Below, piece by piece: positions 22,521 through 30,071 of a stretch of DNA of 30,071 nt. Origin of the DNA: Geosiphon pyriformis uo1 (taxonomy: Eukaryota; Fungi; Glomeromycota). Made by a program: the position numbers and the translations under genes. Each line of letters opens with the position of its first letter. Position 1 is the first letter of the stretch. The stretch lies in assembly GCA_016748015.1 (NCBI GenBank), contig JAAOMT010000464.1:4531-34601 (forward strand). Reading direction: 5' to 3'. Below the pieces are notes generated by a model. The model worked only from the letters and a program-made list of their open reading frames with translations. It did no database searches and had not been told where the DNA came from.

Positions 22521-24676
22521 ATGGGTTGCGCTTCTTCAATTGGAAACGCAAATTTACTTCTCGATAGCCTTGTGAAAACGACGAAAAATGAGGTAAAAAC
22601 ATTTGAACTGTATTCAAAAGCAGCAGAGGCAGGAAATACAAATGCACAATACAATCTTGCGCTTTGTTATGCTAATGGAGAAGGAACGACAAAAGATTTA
22701 GAAAAAGCATTTGAATTCTATTCAAAAGCAGCAGAGGCAGGAAATACAAATGCACAATACAATCTTGCGCTTTGTTATGCTAATGGAAAAGGAACGAAAA
22801 GAAATTCAGAAAAAGCATTTAAACTCTATTCAAAAGCTGCAGAGGCAGGAAATACAAATGCACAATATGCTCTTGGATGGTGTTATGAAGATGGAAGGGG
22901 AACGACGAAAAATTCAGAAGAAGCATTCGAACTCTATTCAAAAGCTGCAAAGGCGGGCCATTTAAATGCACAATTCAATCTTGCACTTTGTTATGCTAAT
23001 GGAGAAGGAACGACAAAAAATGAGGAAAAAGCATTTGAACTCTATTCAAAAGCAGCAGAGGCAGGAAATACAAATGCACAATACAATCTTGCGCTTTGTT
23101 ATGCTAATGGAAAAGGAACGAAAAGAAATTCAGAAAAAGCATTTGAATTCTATTCAAAAGCAGTAGAAGCGGGAAGTTAGTTGCACAATGCAATCTTGAA
23201 TATGATTATCTAAATGGATCGGACACAGTAAAAAATCTAGAAAATTGGGGAATCCAAGTCAAAAATTTATATAAACGTTATTCAAAAATACCAGATTCGG
23301 ATAATATAAGTGTACTATATAACCTTGGATGGTGCTATCAAAATGGATTAGGAACAGCGAAAAACCTTGAAAAGGCATTTGAACTATATTTCTTTGGTGT
23401 AATTTTTGTGAATCATCACGATTCTCAAAGACTTGGGTACATGGAATAGTGGAAATGATAATATTAATCACTATATAAAATATATACAAAGCACTTCCGA
23501 AAGCTGTAGGGAATATTTGGAATGGATTTCTCCTAACGAGATGATATTTTTAGATCAGGTGGGAACGGGAGGATTTGGTGTTGTTAAAGAAGGCAGATGG
23601 GAGAGAGGCAAAATTCTTTTTTGGGACAAGAAAACTCAAAAGCATGAACGAGGCGGTGTTACAAAAGTTGCTTTGAAATGTTTTAAAAATAGTCAAAATC
23701 TAGAATATATCAATTCAAATGAGGTATTTTCTTTTAAGAATATTGTTAAATTTTAAATCTTATTCTAACACGTGAAAACATCTTAATTTAGTTCATTGCG
23801 CATCTACATTGTGCCTTTTGCAAATACATCCTTGAATTCTATGGGATCACAAAAGATGTTGTAACCAACGAATTCGTTATGATTTTACCATTTGCAGAAC
23901 ATGGGGACCTTAGAGCTTTTCTAAAGATGAACAATGATACTTTTACTTGGGATATGTTTCTTCGAATTCTTTTTCAAATCGCTGGTGGCCTACGATTTAT
24001 ACATGACTCAAAACTCGTGCATGGGGACTTACATCCTGGAAATATCCTTGTTTTGAAATTAAACCCCTTAAAAGTAGTCATTTCTGATCTTGGATTTTGT
24101 CGTCCTGCCGATTACGCTCCACAGTCTGGGAAAATATATGGCGTGCTTGAGTATCTCGCACCCGAGATTTGCAAGGGAGCTCAACATACTAAGTATAGCG
24201 ATATATACAGCTTTACTATAGTTTCCTGTGAAATTATTTCAGGAGAAAGACCTTTGAATAATACGGACCCTATTTACATTCAATTTGATGTGATTGATGG
24301 AAAGCGTCCTATAATTAAAAAACATACACCTCAATGTATTCAGGAAATGATTCAAAAAAATTGGCAATATGATCAATATGGTCGTGATAGTGCAGAAGAG
24401 CTCCAACAAACAATTATTAGCGCTCGCGATAACTGTAACTTAAATGAACCTGTCCGTGAAAAAAGACTTAATTCTGAAGAGATACAAGATGGTAACCATA
24501 ACACGACAAGATATAAAAGTCAATTAATCTCGTCACTTAGAAAAAGGGAATCTGCTTCTTTTACACATGGTAAGCCTTCCATTTAATTTATTCAACATTG
24601 AACGATTTTTTTTAATACGAACGCCTTTTTTTCAGATATGGATTGTGCCATTAGCCTAAGTTATTCATTCAATTAA
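22521..24676 (+). pseudogene. Sel1-repeat plus TKL-type protein kinase gene with N-terminal MGCxxS; frame-disrupted between the domains
   Basis: ATG 22521 (MGCASS) leads into five intact 36-aa Sel1 repeats and a TAG at 23178-23180. Two more degenerate Sel1 units and WCNFCESSRF appear in shifted frames. The kinase follows: WNSGN, LEWI, GTGGFG, VALK; intron 23724-23791; HGDLHPGN, DLG, YLAPE, DIYS. A likely last intron 24570-24635 puts the stop at 24676. Confidence 0.85.
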
Positions 24677-27477
24677 AAATAGAAACGCACGAAATCAGTA
24701 AGCACTTGATATTCTTATTACTATTTATATTTATATTTATATTTAACTATAAAATCGTTTAAACAGATGAAAAATTTTCATCAAGAATGGGTTTTTTGTA
24801 ATATTTTTTCTCCAGCTTTAATTCAATTTTTTGGATAAAGTGATTTTGGAAAAGTTTACTATAATTCACCTATTCTATTTTTAAGTGTGAGGATTATTAA
24901 ATATAAAACGTTTCTTACCTTGCTAAGAATGTTTATATGTAAATATGAAAGTATTATTTCATCAGGCTATTAGTTTTGTTGTTTTTTGATTTTTATTCTC
25001 TAGACGATAATATATGTATATATTAAATATTTATTCTAAATTAATATATTAAATAAGTAAAAATTACTTAAGTTTAAAATGACTTATATTTTCTCAGATC
25101 AATATTATCTTTCTTTGATATAATTTATCAAAAAGGCTCACATTTTACATTTTCCCAAATGATGCAATCTAATAAAATCGTTATTCTTCAATGTAATCCA
25201 TTTGATAATTTCAAAATAAAAGGAGAAAATTACGCGAGTGCGCGTAAACATTAAGAGCCTTTATTTATTTTTTTGCATAAGAGTTATCAACGCTTCAATA
25301 ATAAATAATTATTAAAATCAAGGTGGATTTTGATAATTTGATTTTCCAAATTATTTTAAATTATAATGATACTTAAAAACAGTAAAATCATAAACTATAG
25401 GTATTTTCAAAGGAATGGATTAGGGTTTTAAATCTTTATCCGAATAAGAAATTTTTCATATCCGTAAAATTCAAAACACTTTAAATCATAAAAGCAACAA
25501 AAATGGCGGGTAAGCATGAAGTAGTGTAGGGTCTATTATAGCTTTTTAATGACAATAAAAAAAAATATCGAATCTTATTTTGAAATTGTTAGACTTTTTT
25601 GCCCTAATTTAGTATTCAAAACAATTTATTATTTAGACAAGTATTTGAATTTTAGAATTAATTAAAGTTGTCTCACAAAATTGTAAAAACTATGGCATAG
25701 TACAAGAAAAAAATTGACAATAACTTTAATTTGCAAATCAAAAGTCTTTAAAAGAGAAAACTACTAATATTTATTATAATTGTGTTCATATTTTGAAATT
25801 TAGCTTTCTATATATTAAAATTTAGATGATATTTTAATAAAATTTTTTATTTGCTTAAAATGTAATAACACATTCTGAAGGTTTTTATTGTTTATTTGCT
25901 TATTTTTTAATTCTTGTTATATATTTCTATAATCCAAAACTATGTTAATATTTCTAACAAATAGGTTAAACTTTTACTATATCATTTTTATTATTTTTTA
26001 TCAATATTATTGTGATTTTATTTTTTAACTATTAAACAATAATATTGGATCCTGGTTTTTTGATTTGTCAATCTTTTAAATTTTTCAGTTATCTAATTAT
26101 TACATTGAGTATAATTTGAATATGCTTAAATCAAAATTAATATATTTTGTATAAAATTTTTTGCAATTTCATTTAATGGTTAAACTCAGAAAATTAAATT
26201 AATAAAAATTGCTTAAATAATGACAGTTCAGAAAATAATATAATTATTTATGATTATAAACAAAGATAGAAATATTTGAATAAAAATTAAAATTTCTCTG
26301 CCTATTCTAAATTTTTTGTCTTAATTCAGTTTATGAACAGTGTATATACACGTATTTTTCTTCTTGCTATATTTAATACTGTGATACTAGATTAAATACA
26401 AACCATACTCATAAAAAATTATTAATAATATTTAAACTTAAAAAGTAAATAAATAATATATGTCTGTTTTACTGGTGTAAAATAATTTCTCATATTTATT
26501 TTAAAATTATTATTCTTTATTTTTTATATTTTTTATACAGTCCTGCTATTTTTAAATATTTATTATTTCAGGAGATATTAATCAAAAACATTGGAGTAAT
26601 GCAAAACTAAAATATTTTATTGCAAAAAAATAAATAATAAATTCAAATTTTAATTTCTATTAAAATCAAAAGGAATATTAGCCCCACTCTAAGCGATACC
26701 AACCATTATTTGCTAAACTATGTTCAATATTTTTCCCGTTCTACAATGCCTTACATTATAATTTCAAATCATGGGAAAGTATAATTTTTTAAGCAGGAAA
26801 AGTCCATATTTGCTGTAGTTATTTGAAGCACATTTCAGTTGGAAATTTCTCTGTTTTATCTGAGAGATTCAATGGAGTATTGTTTATATTGTTAGGCTGC
26901 TGTCATTGAGATTGAGATTGATATTTCAATAGATTAATTCTGATAAGATAAAATTAAATTTTCTGCAAAGGTTTCATTAGTTGAAAGTCTACTTCTAAAT
27001 TATGTATACCTAAGTAGCTATTGTTTCCTCAATTTTTATTATTTTATCAAATTATCATTTAATGGTATCAAACATTACATTTTCCATAAGGTGGTTCTTT
27101 TTATTTTTAACATCATTCAAATTAATAACCAAAACTTTTACCTTTACTGAAGAACTAAAAATAATATTAAATTCATTATACAGCAAAAATATACTAAGAA
27201 ATATAATAAAACACATATTCTGGTTTCCAAGTTGTAAAAAGAGGAATTTTTCATGTCTTGACAAAATTTAATAAATCAGGTTATCTAATTGTTAAATGAA
27301 AAATAAAAAATAAATATTAAATTAATATATAAGGATAGGAAAAAGAAAGCTTTATATTAAAAAGAACATTCTTAAAGGAAATAAGAAAGATAAGAAGTTG
27401 AGAAATTAACTATAATTAGACATTAACAATAAAAACCACTTTCATAACGATGAGACTTTAGGAGAACATAAAAAGGC

Positions 27478-27571
27478 CATTATTTTTTCTCTTTACTGTT
27501 TAACAGTTCTAATCATAATCACATGATCAAAATATAGAATAACTTAATTTTAATCAAATGGATAATAAAAT
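27478..27571 (-). repeat. ~95 bp imperfect repeat, copy 2 (inverted relative to 22223-22317)
   Basis: Direct by-eye alignment to the reverse complement of 22223-22317. Confidence 0.85.
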
Positions 27572-28210
27572 ACATAAATATAAAATTTGTATAGATAAAA
27601 TTAATAGCCTAGTTGCAAAATATTATTTATATTGCTATGGTCAGATGTAACAAGCTAACAGATAGCAAGGAAGAACAGTATTGTATAGTAATAAAAATAA
27701 TAAAAGGGTAATTCAACTTTAATCAGTGAATTGAATTAGTGAGGATTCAATGTGTGAGATCAGTTTCATAAATATCCCAGTTGCTATTCTTTCCAAAAGG
27801 TAACAAAGAAATCTGAAGGTAGAGGGATAGTCTGTACTGTTAAAAAAAGATAACATACTGGTATAATTCTATGCCTCACGTCGGCACTCTTAGAATTCAA
27901 TATCAGGTATCAGTTGTACTTTTCAGTAAACGTTTATTCAATATACTTTATAAAAACTAACAATTATACAAATCCAGAAAAGAAAAGGGAAAAGAAATAG
28001 TGAAAAGAAAATAAAAGAGTTGATATTGTCGTATTGATCTTTGTTTTGAATGAATTTGGATGTCTTTCTACAGCTTTGGAGGTCTTGCCTATATACTCTT
28101 AAAAAGAGATCAATGATCACATCAACGACTACTTCTAAAAATAGAGTGGCTAACTAATGAAATCAGTGGCTAAGTAAAGTTTCAACCGTAACAATATTAT
28201 CAAATTGATA

Positions 28211-28945
28211 CAGGAACGATTTTCTCATGATTGTAGAGAATTTTGAAGATTGCAGGGATACGAAAAACCTTAAATGTGGTTATTTTTTTTATAACAAGAC
28301 ATTCGTCTTTTGTTAATTTTATTATTTAATAAAAGAGTGACTTGAAAACTCGAAATGTGTACACAAATATGTCGCCAAAAAGATCATAATAAAACGAATT
28401 TTATACGGTGAAAAATGCTCAAGGAAGAGGATATGCCCATAAAGAATTACAATTAACAAAAAATATTAATCCTTTAAAAAAATAATAGTGTCGAAACTCT
28501 ATTATTGATAAACGTTCTGAAGCTAAAATTTTCCGGGAAATTAAAAAAATCGAGTATGGCGTCATAAGAATAAGCTTTACAAGCCTGATCATATCTGTGA
28601 ATATATTATGGAGTAATAGCAGACAATGTTTGAATCATTTGATTCGTGCTCCCTCACATATAACTAGTGAAAAATATATTTAATATAATTTATCCAATGA
28701 TTATGACCCCCAAAGAAGCAATATTCTGCAAATGCAAGCTTGTGAAAGAACTCCAAGATAATCTTAGAATTGTGACTTTGGAATGGCCTCCACAGTTGCA
28801 AGATTTTAGTCCAATAAAAAATATGTGGAGGGAGGTTAAAATTAGATTCATCAAAACCGAAAGCTATGAAAAGAGGATGACTTGAAAGAGGCAGTCTTTA
28901 TTGCTTGGAATCCTATTCCATATTCAGTTTTCTTCAATGCTTGTT
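28211..28945 (+). mobile_element. Degenerate Tc1/mariner element, family B copy 3
   Basis: TA|CAGG start at 28211; RVWRHKNKLYKPDH; LNHLIRAPSH; LEWPPQLQDFSPIKNMWREVK; LKEAVFIAWNPIP. The 3' end is cut off where the 500 bp repeat begins. Confidence 0.88.
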
Positions 28946-29420
28946 TCATATCTTTTATCTATTACCAGATAAAGATTATCGTCGATAATAATTTTGTGAT
29001 GGATGCACAGTATAATGAACCCATTAGGAAATATTTGCACTTTTTTTAACTTTTTTGATTACTGGGAAATTAATTTAAAGATTATTAATTTATTTATTTA
29101 GTTTAATTACTTTAGAATCATGACAACGAGTAAACAACTATTCAAGTAAAAAGTTTTATTTTTTTATTTTCTATTAGAATGCCACTTACTAAAATACATA
29201 ATGGTTGTTATTGATTTTAAGCCACACTGATTGGACTTTTATATCTGAATCAAAAATGGAACCTTGGATTTTACTGAAAAGTGATCTTTTTGAGACACTT
29301 TAAGATCAATTAGTTTAATCATTCCAATTGAAAGGGAACCTTATCAGGCCAAGAATTCTTATGACTTCACATTTCTTTAAAAAATAAATAGTTCACTCCC
29401 ATTAGCATTCATTCAAATAC
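28919..29420 (-). repeat. ~500 bp dispersed repeat, copy 2 (inverted; runs into the N gap)
   Basis: Reverse complement of 8570-9076. It ends exactly at gap 29421-29440. Confidence 0.95.
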
Positions 29421-29440
29421 NNNNNNNNNNNNNNNNNNNN

Positions 29441-30071
29441 ATTATAGAGGTGATCTACAATTATCTTAAAAAATCGCCACAAATTCCTTCCGAAAAAATC
29501 TTTTTTTTTATTTTCTTTATTTTTTTATTTTTTTAATTCTTTATTTTTTATTATTTTTTTTTTTACGTTTTCACTTTTAAATAAGTACAATACCCAGTGA
29601 AACCCACCTTGATAGTGTTACATAGGAACGAAGAGAGAGAAAGAGAGATAGAGGAAGGATTGGAAGGAAGAACGAAGGACTTTGTTGTAATTAAGTCATC
29701 TATTAAAAATAAACAAGTATTTATGAGTTTTGTCACATGATCAAGTCTGTATTCACGATCATTTAAGAAGAAAAATGTGTACGCGACAAGTCAAAATAAT
29801 TATAGAGTTGATCTACAATTATCTTAAAAAATCGCCACAAATTCCTTCCAAAAAAATCTTTTTTTTTATTTTTTTTTATTTTTATTTTTTAACGTTTTAA
29901 CTTTATACAAGTACAATACCCAGCGAAACCCACCTTAATAAAGTTACACAGGAACGAAGAGAGAGAAAGAGAGATAGAGGAAGGATTGGAAGGAAGAACG
30001 AAGGACTTTGTTGTAAATAAGTCATCTATTAAAAATAAACAAGTATTTATGAGTATTGTCACATGATCAAG
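29441..30071 (-). repeat. About two units of the same tandem array as 197-3612, in inverted orientation
   Basis: Reverse complement of the left unit. 29754-30071 appears identical to 1773-2090, including the GATCAACTCT variant. Confidence 0.97.

Noticed and set aside
26670-27270. Possible decayed minus-strand gene, with stops suggestive of C-to-T damage
   Set aside because: Any stop codon is trivially compatible with C-to-T, and no homologous motif anchors the frame.

Overview
AT-rich eukaryotic scaffold with three N gaps (2091-2608, 2729-3034, 29421-29440) and GT-AG introns of 66-181 nt. The gene content (BTB-BACK-TLDc, tyrosine-kinase-like kinases with the W-x-SGN...EWI leader, Sel1 repeats, decayed Tc1/mariner) suggests an arbuscular-mycorrhizal-type fungus (Glomeromycotina); this is inference. 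A ~320-375 bp tandem array occupies 197-3612 and reappears inverted at 29441-30071. Between them lie: four Tc1 transposase relics from two families; a BTB-BACK-TLDc gene disrupted only in TLDc; a kinase with a premature stop and a nearby inverted partial copy; an intact four-exon, 370-aa multi-pass membrane protein of unknown function; a signal-peptide protein with basic clusters; and an MGCxxS-led Sel1-repeat kinase broken by three 1-nt deletions. Several nested inverted duplications are present. No RNA genes or CRISPR arrays were supported. All alignments and translations beyond the ORF track were done by eye.
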